From: Octopus sinensis | Lineage: Eukaryota | Reading direction: 5' to 3' | Assembly: GCF_006345805.1 (NCBI RefSeq) | Contig: NC_043005.1 | Coordinates: forward strand, 46,066,001-46,130,000 | DNA length: 64,000 nucleotides | Part shown: piece after piece, positions 50,969-64,000 of the stretch | Layout: each line of letters starts with the position of its first letter | Position numbering within the stretch: the first letter of the stretch is position 1 | Position numbers and translations under genes: made by a program | The notes under the pieces: generated by a model | Databases searched by the model: none | What the model was told of the DNA's origin: nothing | Seen by the model: only the letters and a program-made list of their open reading frames with translations

Positions 50969-53757
50969 GTATGTATGTATGTATGCATGTATATATATTC
51001 TGAAATGTACAGTATTACACAAATCCATCACGGATAATATACCCACTCTATTGACAGATATACAAATACATCTTTTTCTTGACGACTATTCACATATATA
51101 TATTCACGAACGAAAGTAACCAGACACTTCTGTACACAACCTTAATATTGGTTATTTTGTTATTAACTGAATTATTCGCTTGTAGTTTACTTTCCTTACT
51201 CTGAATTGGAGGTAATAAAGAACAATAGTGACCCAAATCTACTATAATATCAATAATTATTAAGGGAAAAATATCCCTGGGGAGTCTTCTGCATACGGCA
51301 CCGGCATATAGATCTCTGTAATGTAATTACACTGAATCGAAAAACTGGTTAGCTGTTTTTTTTTTTTTTTTCATGCAGTTAGCAAGCAAGACTTCTGTTT
51401 GGTGTTGTTTAAAAGTTAAATATAAGCAAGAATGATAGCTCTAATTACATCAGCTTGTTGCAATTTTCGGAAAATAAAGCTTTGCAGATGGGAACTAATT
51501 ACTGAAAATCAACGGCCATGTGTTCGTCTTCTTTTACTCCAACTCACTCAGTGAAACATATTCTTTGCAAATGTGAACAGTTAAAAGTGACCCCTAGTTT
51601 ATTTTTAGATTTTGAATGTTATTAGAGTAGATACTGTCTATTAACTATACGGATTATCTCAGGTAATCGTTCCGGCTTACTATATCATATTTGTGAGATC
51701 TTGCCAGATCTCAAAATATAATTAGATAATGGCAGAATCGCTGGCACGCCGGACAAAATGCTTGGCGGCATTTCGTCTGTCGTTACGTTCTCAATTCAAT
51801 TTCTGCAGAAGCCGACTTTGCTTTTCTTCCTTTCGAGGACAATAAAATAAGTACCTGTTGAACAACGGGACCAATGTAAATGAACTTCCTTCCCTGAAAT
51901 TCCTGTCTTTGTACCAAAAACCCAAAAGGTGCTATGAATCTTTTTATGATTTCAGTTAGTGCTGTATATTCTTTTGAGTTTATTATGGTAAAGTGTAGAA
52001 TCGTTTAGCTCCAGTGAAATTGTAAAAAAAAAAAACCAACTATTACCTATGCCAAAAGAATAAAAGGTAAATTTAGTAATTTTTATTATTGAGTAGTTCT
52101 AGAAAAGGGTGATACTTGTAACTTTTGAAAGCCTTCCAGACTGGTAAGTTCGAAATAGTTGATGTTCTGTGAATTTCTCTAAGTGAAATTGCAACATCAA
52201 ACTTTGCATTAGAGTGCTCTATGACGGAATGAGATGACTGGATGGGGATATGTGGTTACTTGCAATTTGGTTTGGCTGACTGGACATTGAACCAGTTTTG
52301 GCAACTGTATTTTTTGGCACTTTTTGGCTAACACATACATCCACATGTACACTTACAGAGGGAGTGAGACATTACAGTTTATTTATAACATAATTGATTT
52401 AAACATTTCCCTCTCCTCATGTGCATAAAGGGAAATATAGTCACCCGCATAAACAGCGAGAGAGAACATTAGAAACATTGAAACATCTGATGTCAAATAA
52501 ATCAGGTTGCTAAAATGGCTGCACCAAAAGGTCTTATACCTGATGTACTATATGGTACATTATAGCATCTAATATCAGTATACATATACATGCATTTCAA
52601 TTCTTGTTGAAATCACCCCCAACAACTGTGTACCATCTTCATCTTTCCACAAACTCACTGCTTATAAACCCATTAGGGATTGAAGTAAACTGGATAAACC
52701 AGTTAGCATATTTTAGCACTTTTTTTAGGTAGCTTGATCTAACATTAAATTACTGATGTGTTAAAGTGTTTCATTTCATTGCTATAGCATACTATAAGAC
52801 ATATCTATATATCTCTGTTAGATGTTTGGTAACATTCCAGGAATAGATGTAATAAGGTAAACGTAAAGGTTACCATTTCAAGCCATGCCAACTCATAAAG
52901 GCTGGTTTCCATGGTGTATGAATTCCTCACCTGGAGAGGACACCAGTCTGTCGCAGGATTACTCATTTTTGCCAGCTGAGTGGACTGGAGCTATGTGAAA
53001 TGAAGTGTTTTGCTCAAGAGCACAACATGTCACCTGGTGCAGGAATCTAAACCACAATCTTAATGATCATGAGTCCAACACTCTAACCACTAATCCATGT
53101 GCCTCCACTGCTGTAATTTGTGGATGTTATGATTAGATGTTCTTATTTAACTTAGGGCAATTGGAAACAAGATCTGATTATACACTGATAGCAAAGATTA
53201 CTAACTAAAGACATAGATTTAGTTATGCCTAATCACTGCTAATGCTGAACAATATTCTCTAAAATGAATAATGGAATAAATATATGTTGAATATATTCAT
53301 GCAAGCATGGCTGTGTGGCAAGAATTTTCCTTCTCAACCTTATGGTCTCTGGTTCAGTCCCACTGTGTGGCACCTTGGGCAAGTGTCTTCTACTACTGCT
53401 CCAGGCTAGTCAAAGTCTTGGGAGTAGATTTGTTAGAGGAAACTGTGGAAGCCTATCATTGTTTGTGTTTGTATATATGTGTTGTTATTACCTCTATGCT
53501 TTGATTTCATGTAATACTTGTAAATGAATGTCATCATTAGGCAGGCAAGTGGTGCCCTTCATTCTCAGTCTCCTGTGAAAACATAGACATCAGGAAATAT
53601 TACCTTACTTGGAAACAAGTGCGTGTTGAAGTCAAGAAGGGCTTTAGCCTGTAAAAAAAAAAAATCCACCTTAACAAATTCCATCCAACCCATGCAAGCA
53701 TGGAAAAGTGGACATTAAATGATGATGATATGTTACATGTTATATCTATTTTTTCAG

Positions 53758-53887
53758 GGAATTCCTCGAACTTCAAATCTTGAAGCTCCAATAATGCTTC
53801 TAACTGGTCATGAAGGTGATATTTTTACTGGAAAATTTTCTCCTGATGGTAGATTTTTGGCAACTTCTGGATTTGATCGAATGATTT
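53758..53887 (+). CDS. SNRNP40: SNRNP40 coding exon 2 (GIPRTSNLEAPIMLLTGHEGDIFTGKFSPDGRFLATSGFDRMI)
   Basis: ttttcag| acceptor and |gtaagt donor; PRTSxLxAPIMLLxGHEG is diagnostic of U5-40K; 130 nt, phase 0/1. Confidence 0.96.
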
Positions 53888-54959
53888 GTAAGTTAATTTT
53901 TAAAAAAATATATTTCTTATATGCCAAGCAGTGTAAAACAGTTGGTTAAAATAGTGTTGGTCGTAGTGATGGAGCCTGGAATGTACATCTTCATTGAATT
54001 TTGCACTATATTCCTGTTAAATTTTTACTTATTGCCCACTTCATCACCCTCTCTCCTATCCACAGTACCATATGTAAAGAGGAATGGCATTTAATCTATC
54101 CATATTTCCTCACTCTTCTTTGCTTCCACCTTTACCCTTTTAACACACTTCCTCTCTTCCATCATGATGCCTGTGTAACGAGGGACAGCATCAGACCTTT
54201 CCATATTTTGTGTGCTCTACTATCACTCTTTCCATGTGACTCTACATTGACATCTACCATTCCCACCATTGCTTATCTCTGTTGCTAATCATTATTTGTT
54301 AGGGTGTTGCACTCATGATTGTGAAATCATGGTTTTGATACCCAGACCAGGCACTTCATCTCATGTTGTTCTGTGTTCACTTCAACATCTGTTATGTAGC
54401 ACATTGTGCACTTGTACAGGCAATGTTGATCTGATGGAGGCAGTGAGCTAACGTACAGCACAAACATTTGATCACTATAAACCAATCATCTGTACAAGTT
54501 GTTCAACAAGAAATTGTAGAACCATCTTACTTGGACTTGAGAGACATGTTTCTTAACATCACCCTTTTTTTTCTTGTTATCCCATCATGTAACTTATCCT
54601 CTTTTGCTATTCACTTCTCTCCTTTCTCTACTTATAATTCTTTTCCTCTACCATACTCTATATATTTTCACCACTGTTGCCCTTTTAGCTATCATTCTCT
54701 CTTATATATAGTTTCCCAGTTATGTTTGCCTTGGAAACATTGGGAGGATGTCTTGCAACAAACAAAGCAACCCCTCTGGTATTGGTGCCTTGATAAAATG
54801 CCTTCAGTACATTCTGTAAAGTAGTTGGTGTTCAGGAGGATATCCACTTTCTGCATCCATGCCAAAAATGATATCTATGAATGAGATATGGTCCTCGAGC
54901 CTGTCAATTTGGACCTTCTTATCTTTTCTAGTTTCTGAAGCATAATAAAGTTCCCTTAA

Positions 54960-55411
54960 CCCACTAGCCTTTAAACTGGCCATATCTGGCCTAAATATTC
55001 TACCTATTTTATGTTTAGACTAGTCAGATCCTGCCTCTCACATTTAACATACAATAGGTTAACAAGCTGGTAGAATCACTAGCACACTGGGTGAAATGCT
55101 TAGCGGTATTTTGTCTGCCTTTACGCTCTGAGTTCGAACTCCTCTGGTGTCGACTTTGCTTTTCATTCTTTTGGGGTCGATTAAATAAGTACCAGTTACA
55201 CACTGAGGTCGATGTAATCAACTCAATCCCTTTGTCTGTCTTTGTCCCCTCTTTGTTTAGACCCCTGTGGGCAATAAAGAAATAAATGTCATTCTAAAAA
55301 TGAACATTCACATTATTGAGATCTTGAAGCTCTTAGATAATGCATGATTAATTCAGAACAATCTAAATAAATAAGTATTATATTTGACAGAGTAATCTGA
55401 ATGCTAAAAGG
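54960..55411. mobile_element. piggyBac-like MITE with a family C SINE (~55060-55286) inside
   Basis: TTAA|CCC...GG|TTAA ends; homology with 63618-63797. Confidence 0.65.
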
Positions 55412-55564
55412 TTAAAAATACATATTTTTAACCTCAAAATGACCATGGGATGAATACAAAAACCACTGCAAGATTTCATGTTTTCATCATATTCTAATTC
55501 TTGTCCTCTTATTCTAGTCGTGATTAAATGTCTATAAGGAAATTTATAATTTTCTTCATTGTAG

Positions 55565-55658
55565 TTTTTTGGAATGTTTATGGAGAGTGTGATAACCTTG
55601 GTGTTCTGCGGGGCCATACTGGAGCAGTTATGGAGGTACATTTTTCTACAGATGGCAG
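55565..55658 (+). CDS. SNRNP40: SNRNP40 coding exon 3 (FWNVYGECDNLGVLRGHTGAVMEVHFSTDG)
   Basis: gtag| acceptor and AG|gtgagt donor; WNVYGxCxN..GHxGAV WD40 motif; 94 nt, phase 1/2; not in the ORF track. Confidence 0.95.
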
Positions 55659-56455
55659 GTGAGTAAAATTCTGTTTATTTCTCTATGTAAATCATGGATA
55701 TATCTTGTACTTGATTTACTATTATAAAATGTGTGACAGTCAGAGTTGGCTTCATAAAGATTCAGTTGAATTTACACATATCCATTTCTCCATTTTTTAT
55801 ACCCTTCCATGAAATACCTGCTCTGTGAACTGTTCTTTGTAGAAACCTTGTCATGAGGTAATTCTTAAATAAACAAAATATCCAACAAATGGTGAGCTTA
55901 GTAAAGTATGGGTTCTGTTGGTGGCTGTTTTTGTATATCACTTGAAAAACTCATGATTGTTTCATTGCTGTTTTAACATCCCCTTTTTCATGCTCTGCAT
56001 GGGTTGAATGGAATTTGTTGAGGAAGACTTTTTAAGGCTGGATACCCTTCCTGTCACCAACCCTCACCTGTTTCCAAGTAAAGTAATATTTCACCATGGC
56101 CAGACATGTTTTCATGGATGATTGGAAACAAATGACACTGTTTGTATGGTGGTAACACATACATCTATCACGTGATGTCAAGCCAAGGAGAAAGTAACAT
56201 ACCTGCACACACACGTGACAAGCTTCTTTCAAATTTCCATCAACCAAATTCACTCATGAAGGATTTGGTCAGCCTGTGGCTATAGTAGAAGACAGTTGCC
56301 CAAGGTACCATACAATGGAACTGAATCTGGAACCAGCTGAACACTGGGGTTAATTTAATCCACTTAGCTCCTTACCCTCAAAATTGCTGGACTTGTGTCA
56401 AAATTTGAAACCAGTATTATATTAAGCTTATAAATCTGCTTTTTTTTTTTTGCAG

Positions 56456-56621
56456 CCAGCTGTTTACAGCATCAACAGATAAGAACCTTGCCATTTGGGA
56501 TGTAGAAGCTGGTGCGCGTATCAAGAAACTGAAAGGGCATCAAGACTTTGTAAATTCCTGTTGCCCTGCACGCCGTGGACCACAGTTAATATGTAGTGGA
56601 GCAGATGATGGCACTATCAAG
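56456..56621 (+). CDS. SNRNP40: SNRNP40 coding exon 4 (QLFTASTDKNLAIWDVEAGARIKKLKGHQDFVNSCCPARRGPQLICSGADDGTIK)
   Basis: polyT-gcag| acceptor and AAG|gtttgt donor; ARRGPQL..SGxDDGT motif; 166 nt, phase 2/0. Confidence 0.96.
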
Positions 56622-58460
56622 GTTTGTCTCTCTCTTTCTCTCTCTCAGCCAATGCAAAAATTTGTTACAATGGAGACATTACTGATCTTTAAACCTCTCA
56701 TCTCTCTGTGTAAAGCCCTCTCCTTCCATGGACTTTGTAGTCTTACAAGCTAATGGTGACCAAACTAGTGCTGGTGACATGACATAAAGCACCCTGTACA
56801 TGCTGTGAAGTGGTTGGCATCAGAAATGGCATCCAGCTATAGAAACCATGCCAAAGCAGTATATATGTATGTATATACGTGTGTGTGTGTGTGTGTCTTT
56901 GTGTCATCACCACATGACAACCAGTGTTGGTGTGTTTACATCCTTGTAACTTAGTTGTTCAGCAAAAGAGACCAATAGAATAGGCTTAAAAAATGAAAAA
57001 AATGAAAGAAGATAAATAAGGGAGTCAATTCATTTGACTAAAAATTCTTTAAAGCAGTGCCCCAGCATGGCCACAGTCTAATGACTGAAACATGTAAAAG
57101 GTGAAAAAAAGATAGTACCTCACCGTCAATTGAATTTATTGCTCATTCGCTTTCATCTAATCCAAACAAGCATTAAATACACAAACCAATATCTGTAACT
57201 CCTAATTTATGTTGGCTTAGTTGAGCTAATTATTAGATATATCCACTTATTTGACACCACTGCTAATCTCTAGTCACCATCAGAACTGCTGGACGTAACG
57301 AAATAAACTGGATTTAGCAGAGTTGCTGGAGCATAAGACGAAATCTGTTGCAGTATTTATTCTAGTCCTCTGTGCAAGAATTGACACTCTGCATAGAGCA
57401 TGGAGCATGATGGCCTGTCTCTCTGACAGTTACGATGGCAAATGTTCCATTTGATTTAGTCAGTAGAACAACCTGCTCATGGAATTAATGTGCAGGTGGC
57501 TGACAGCCCCACACACATGCATAAATTAGTTCTCAAGGTGATTCAGTGTGACACAGAATGTGTCAAGGCTGGCCTTTTGAATTGCAGGTACAGCTCACTT
57601 TTGCCAACTGAGTGAACTGGAGCAACGTGAAATAAAGTTCAAACCAAGTGCCTTCACATGATGGAATATCCAGCATTGTAGACTGATTGGTGATGTGAAT
57701 GCTTTCAGATATTTGGGTACTTAGGGTCTGTTTGAGTAGTGTTAACTGGAGATATTCAGCAAAGCATTCTGTTCTTTTGTTTCAATGTGCCTTTGAAGGG
57801 TTTAGTTGATTTTAATGAACTCCAGGACTTATTTTAAATCTGGTACTTATTCTATTGGTTCTCTTTTGCTGAACCACTAAATTACAGGAATGTGAACAAA
57901 TCAACATATACAAACACAAAAATGCACACACTTAAACATACATATATAAACATACATATATACATGTAAAAAGTACTCAATACACTCTGTAAAGTGGTTG
58001 GCATTAGGAAGGGCATCCAGCTGTAGAAACCATGCCAAAACAGACAATGGAGCCTGGAGTGGCCTCTGGCCATACCAGCTCCTGTAAAACCACCCAACCC
58101 ATGCTAGTATGGAAACAGTCGTTAAATGATGATGATAACATAACACAAACACACACAGACATAACATTCAAACATGGATTTTCTGTCTAACAGATTCACT
58201 TACAAGTTATTGGTTAGTCTGGAGCGATAATAGAAGACACTTGCTCAAGGTACCATGCAGTGGAATTGAACCTGAAACCACATGACAGCAAAAAGGCCTC
58301 TTAATCATGCAGCCATGCCTAATTAGAAACTTTTTTTAACATCATCAATACTAACTACTGAAAAGATCGAGCTATGTTAATTACAATTACTGATGTTAAG
58401 TTTATTTTAATGAAACCTCTATGTTGCTTGACATGCTGGTAAATTCTGAGTAATGTGAAA

Positions 58461-59372
58461 CAGAGGTGGGAAACTTTTTAGTGCAGTGGGCAAAAATTTA
58501 CAAAGAAAAAGGTCCACAGGCGGAATGTAAGTTCTAACTCTTATATCTGTGTAGATTTTGTATATATCTATGTATAATTCGATATGGAAGCACTCCGTCG
58601 ATTACGACGACGAGGGTTCTGGTTGATCCGATCAACGGAACAGCCTGCTCGTGAAATTAACGTGTAAGTGGCTGAGCACTCCACAGACACGTGTGCCCTT
58701 AACGCAGTTCTCGGGGATATTCAGCGTGACACAGAGTGACAAGGCCGGCCCTTTGAAATACAGGTACAACAGAAACAGGAAGTAAGAGTGAGAGAAAGCT
58801 GTGGTGAAAGAGTACAGCAGGGATCACCACCATCCCCTGCCGGAGCCTCGTGGAGCTTTAGGTGTTTTCGCTCAATAAACACTCACAACGCCCGGTCTGG
58901 GAATCGAAACCGCGATCCTACGACCGCGAGTCCGCTGCCCTAACCACTGGGCCATTGCGCCTCCACATAATTCGATATACATTAATAAAGATAAGTTTAA
59001 CACATTAAATTAATGCGTAACATCTTCATTAACACCGCCATTGAATTTAGCCCATTTATATTACTTATGAGGTATTCTATATTTTTCAGCTAGAGTGTAT
59101 TTGGGTCTGAATGGGGTGGTACAAACCTAGCCATATGTGTTTTATAGTGAAAACAAAATTTCCATTCAAATGGCAATTACCGGACGAGTTTCTGTTCTTT
59201 TACAAAGAAAAAGTTCCACAACGTATGTTGCAAAAAGGCATACGAATGTTGTATAAATTTTATAATCGAAAAACTTACTATATTTTGCACATACAAGTAT
59301 ATCAGCCAGTGGGCAAAATAAAATGGGCTTGTGGGTGCAATCGTGCCTGCGGCGGGGGTTTCCCCACCCCTG
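58461..59372. mobile_element. hAT-type non-autonomous element
   Basis: CAGAGGTGGGAAAC / GTTTCCCCACCCCTG TIRs; contains a SINE B insertion. Confidence 0.65.
58586..58966 (-). mobile_element. Full-length young SINE, family B
   Basis: Reverse complement of 12931-13311; 12-bp TSD ataattcgatat. Confidence 0.9.
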
Positions 59373-60059
59373 CTGTAAAACAAAAGAAAAAAAAACAGGA
59401 TGGTCATGGCTGGAAAACCATTTGATCATAGGTTTCTGCTCTCTAGACTAGCCTGGTGGCTAAACTAAAATTGCTTTCTGTGTATCTTTTATTCTTTTCA
59501 CTTGTTTCAGCTATCAGAAGGTGACCATGCTGGAGTTGCACAAATCAACCACAGTACTTTTTTTGTTTTTAAATTTGATACTTGTTCTGTTGGTTCTCTT
59601 TTGCCAAACTGCTAAGTTACTGGGATATAAACAAACCAGCACTGGTTGTCAAGTAGTGTCATAGGGACAAACACAAACACACACATATATACACACAACA
59701 AACTTCTTTTAGTTCTGTCTACCAAATCCACTCACATGGCTTTGGTTGGCTCAAGGCTATAGGTGGCACTTACCTGAGGTGTCATACAGTGGGACTGAAC
59801 TTGAACCATGTTGTTGGGGGAGCAGATTCCTTACTACATAGCCACACTGTTAATTATTTTATTGTAAAATATTGGGTTACTCTGTTAAGCACATTTCACA
59901 AAGGCGGAGTGTTATTGATTCGGCTCTATGGAAGGTAGCCAACTCTTCTAGGGTTTGAATTCAAAATCCAGACTTAAGAAATGAGCAAAAAGAAGTAAAC
60001 ACTGCAAGGATTTTAGTTTGGCACTTGGTTACTAATTTCGACATAAAGAGTGAAGGATT

Positions 60060-60460
60060 CTTTCACTGGTTTCAGTCATTTGACTGCGGCCATGCTGGAG
60101 CACCACCTTAAGAGGTTTTTAGTTGAAGAAATCAACCCCAGACTTATTCTTTGTAAGCCTAGTACTTATTCTCACGGTCTCTTTTGCCAAACTGCTAGGT
60201 TACGGGGACATAAACATACCAGCATCACTTGTCTAGTGATAGTGATGGTGGTGGGGAACACAAATAAAGACACACACATACACATGCTAACATATACAAT
60301 GGGCTTCTTTCAGTTTCTGCCTACCAAATCCACTTACAAGGTCTTGGTTGGTCCAGGGCTATAGTGAAAGACATTTGCTCAAAGTGCCCCACAGTGGGAC
60401 TGAACCTTGAACTATGTGGTTGAGAAGCAAGCTTCTTACTACACAGTAATGCCTGCACCT
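60060..60460 (-). mobile_element. SINE family A (older, intronic)
   Basis: Homology to 26003-26401; similar copies at ~57800-58320 and ~59490-59845. Confidence 0.75.
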
Positions 60461-60779
60461 GGTATTTTAAAATGTTATGTTTATGAATTTGTTTTGCAAG
60501 ATTCCTGATGTGAAATCGTGTATTGAAACAAATATTGTTATATTTCAGGATGGTCGTTTTTTTTTTCTTGCCATATGCACTATGTATTCGTTTTCCATTC
60601 ATTTATTATTGTTCTTATTTTATCTTATGTCCATTTCACACATCTGTGACCTTTTCAGCTACTCTTTCATCCACGTGTTTCCTCCTGTTCTGTTTAGTCC
60701 ATCCTGCAATACTTTGAAATGCATTTTCATTAAAGGTACAAAAATAAAATATCTGATTCCACTGTTATTCCTGTTTCAG

Positions 60780-61023
60780 TTGTGGGATTCTCGGAAGAGA
60801 GGAGCTGTACAGACTTTTCAGAATGTTTATCAAGTTACTTCTGTCACATTTAGTGACACTGCTGAACAAATCATTTCTGGGGGTATTGACAACGACATCA
60901 AAGTTTGGGATTTAAGGAAGAATGATATCTTATATCGTTTAAGAGGTCACACAGATACACCGACAGGCTTGGAGTTAAGTCCTGATGGTTCTTACTTATT
61001 ATCCAATGGCATGGATGGTACTG
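60780..61023 (+). CDS. SNRNP40: SNRNP40 coding exon 5 (LWDSRKRGAVQTFQNVYQVTSVTFSDTAEQIISGGIDNDIKVWDLRK...LLSNGMDGT)
   Basis: tttcag| acceptor and G|gtaagt donor; 3' part of ORF 60477..61031; 244 nt, phase 0/1. Confidence 0.96.
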
Positions 61024-63617
61024 GTAAGTAATGTCCTTTTATTTTTAACAAAGATGATATGAAAATTGTGCAGTATTTTGTTGAAGCTATGTTTTTGTTG
61101 CTGTGCAGTGTGTCTTCATGATAATTTTTACCTTAAGCGTTTAGGTTATTCTGTCAAATGTAATGCTTACCATAAATCCTTGAGTATAATACGCAGGGTA
61201 TTTTTAGGGGGCTGTACTTCTGAAAAACCTAAACCATGTGTATAATACGCACCCCTTCTCTAATTTGAGTCAAGGAGGTCTATATAACGTCCTTGGTTTG
61301 TAAAAATGCATACGGTAACGTCCTTTATTATTATTGTATATATAACACAATGCAAATGTGTAGCTTTTTTGTGCATTTTGTTTGCAGAAAATAAAGAAAT
61401 AACAGTAATAACGTTTAATAAATATTGCTTACTGCAAGTTATGGATGATTCTATTATGACTTCATTGCTTTCAGGCTTAGCTTAAGGTATTTTCGTGCCC
61501 GACATCACAAAATGCATCTGAATAAACATTGCCGTTCTGTCTGTCTGTGTGTGTGTCTTCTAGGATCTCAGGCATCCTCCATCCGATTGCACTCAAATTT
61601 GATATGTAGATACCAACGGTATCAGGTGTGTATAAGTCTTGAAAAAATTACAAAAATCGATTCCAGGTGAGAATGCAATCGATAAACGTGCATTTGTACG
61701 TGCAAGTACATCAGCTGTTGTGATGTACTTACTGGTACTTTAAACTCTTCAATTGTATATTTGTGTGAATAAAATCGTTTTTCTTGGGAATAGAAAAAAA
61801 GTCTATCTTTATTTCTTCTTTTGCTAGTGTCTCAAATTTAGGTTAAATCAGTGTTTCTCAAAGAGGAGGCTTATATGACGGACAAGTTGGTTTGAGAAAA
61901 TTTGGTTTAAATGTTTGACAACTCACCACCGTCCATTGGATGGGGGGCGTTTTGCTCATATATATATATATGTATGTATGTATAGTGTCAACATCCACAA
62001 GTAATTACACACACTGTAATTACTTGTGGGTGTTGACACTATTTCACTTGAGCAAAATGGCAAGTGAAGTTTATAAAGCCTTGCCTACATTATGACTGGT
62101 CACTGTGCACTTTCAGTGCTCTGGGGAATAAAAAATACCTTACTTATAAAATAGGTATGTGTTGACGATGAGATGAGCATCGTCCAACCCATGTAAGTAT
62201 GGAAAAATGGTCGTTAAACAAATCCTGTTTTTCCACCTCAGTTGCTGGTAAGATGGCAATGATCTTAGTCGGGGATTACACTTTGTGTAACAGAATTAAA
62301 CTTCAGTATAACTTGCATAACAAGTAAAGCAATAGCTTTCTGTATGATTTTCTGAATTTTAAAATGTAGATCTTTTGGTTTTACATGTAAAGTGATAAAA
62401 TAATTTCGTTTTATTTTTAGTGTCTCAAAGTCAAAAGGATAGAGAACTACTTTAGTCATATGACTTAACGCTTTTGTTAGCCTATATCTGTTGAAATACA
62501 TTGCTTTTGTTTCGGTTAATTTTGAAAATAATGAAGAATTTAGAAAATTACTTTGTGGTTAAGTTGGTGTTTTGAACGTAAATTAACATGAAATTTTCGA
62601 TGGAATAGTATAATTTACATAATTATGAAACGGAAAGTTTGTATCATAGGCAGAGTGGTAGTGTGACATGGGAGACAACTCCTTATATTTACCTCTTAAA
62701 TGATGTCAAACCCTGTACTGTCATTTTTAAAACAGCTGTATCTCACCGACCCAGTAATGAAGCATAGGTGTTTCATAAATATATTTTTCAATTTAGATCT
62801 TATTTTAGTGTATAATTGGTAACCTTAGATTGAACAATAACTTTGTTTGGATGTTTGAAATTTTGATTTTGTAGTTGATATAGAATGTCAAGGTGGAAAC
62901 TAGGTGGAAAAACGAATCCATTTTACTGTTTTCGTGATCTCACTTTTAATCTCATTTGATTTTTCTTTCATGCTGCTTTTGTAAACCTGCACAAAAATAC
63001 TTTAAAAAATATACGCTTATACTTTTATTTTGATAAATTATAAATACATTACTTAAATATTTGATATTTGGATTGGAGTTGAGTGATTTCTGGCTAAGTT
63101 TGATTACACATTTTTACCACCATTTTCTCTCCTCTTTTCCAACTGGGGTGGCCATGTATCTCCTCCACAGCAATACACCTGTTTCTGTCCTCCTATCATA
63201 CTTCCATCAGACACAAAGCCACCTCCCTAAATACTCACCCCATGTTTCATTTGAAGGTTCTTAGTCTTGCTAGTTACTTGGCAACTTCACTGGTGCTGTG
63301 CCATGTCAGAAGCACCTAGTACACTTTGTAAAGTGGTTGGTATTAGGAAGGACATCCAGTCATAGAAACTATGCCAAAGCAGACAGAGCTGGACACTGTC
63401 CTTGCTCAACATTCCTAACAAACCATCTAACCCATGCCAGCATGGAAAATGGACATTAAATGGTGTTGCCTCTTAATATTCCCATCAAAAACTACAAGGT
63501 TCATATCACATTGTTTGCTTAACTATTTCTCTAAATAGTTTACAGATTTTCCTTACAAAGCTGATTACAAAGTGATTAAGTAATTTTCCCTCTTATTTTC
63601 ATTCTTGTCCTATTTAA

Positions 63618-63797
63618 CCCTTTTAGCATTGAAACTGGCCATATCTGGCCTGAATATTCTACTTGTTTTATGTTTAAACTGGCCAAATCTAGCCTGTTAC
63701 ACCTACCTTACAATCAGGGCTACAAGATAATGCATGGTTAATACAAAACTGCATGAATAAGCATTACACTTGATAGGGTAATCTGAACGCCAAAGGG
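63618..63797. mobile_element. piggyBac-like MITE
   Basis: TTAA|CCCTTT...AAAGGG|TTAA. Confidence 0.75.
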
Positions 63798-63911
63798 TTA
63801 AATAACATTAAATCATGGGCTAGAAATTGGTATGTGTTATTTATTAATTACTTCTAATAGTTAATTTATTTTAATTTAGGTGTTTTCACTTTTTCTTTCA
63901 TTTTTTTCCAG

Positions 63912-63994
63912 TGCGAATTTGGGATGTACGACCATTTGCACCTCAGGAGCGATGTCTGAAATTGTTTCAGGGACATCAACATAGCTTTGAGAAA
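63912..63994 (+). CDS. SNRNP40: SNRNP40 coding exon 6 (RIWDVRPFAPQERCLKLFQGHQHSFEK); gene continues beyond the window
   Basis: tttccag| acceptor and AAA|gtaaga donor; WDVRPFAPxERC motif; 83 nt, phase 1/0. Confidence 0.96.
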
Positions 63995-64000
63995 GTAAGA

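Overview
AT-rich, repeat-dense animal genomic DNA. The SINE families and microsatellite style point to an octopus, which is an inference. The only intact protein-coding gene is SNRNP40 (U5 snRNP 40-kDa WD40 protein): six GT-AG coding exons on the + strand from 50570, with the gene running off the window end. The first ~50 kb has no intact gene and is a transposon mosaic: three tRNA-derived SINE families, non-autonomous Helitrons, hAT/mariner/piggyBac/Merlin-like MITEs, a Gypsy solo LTR, a Gypsy pol remnant and LINE fragments. Three observations stand out. (1) A fold-back element at 44042-44496 joins a tRNA-like head to a minimal hammerhead ribozyme (HHR) in each arm. (2) An unrelated ~335-nt structured monomer at 28924-29707 has terminal direct repeats and a decayed minimal HHR, resembling a retrozyme. 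(3) About 20 diverged fragments of one ~1-kb unit, probably old L1/Tx1 ORF1 sequence, are confined to the region upstream of SNRNP40 and switch predominant orientation at ~25.8 kb. All coordinates were read by eye and repeat boundaries are approximate.
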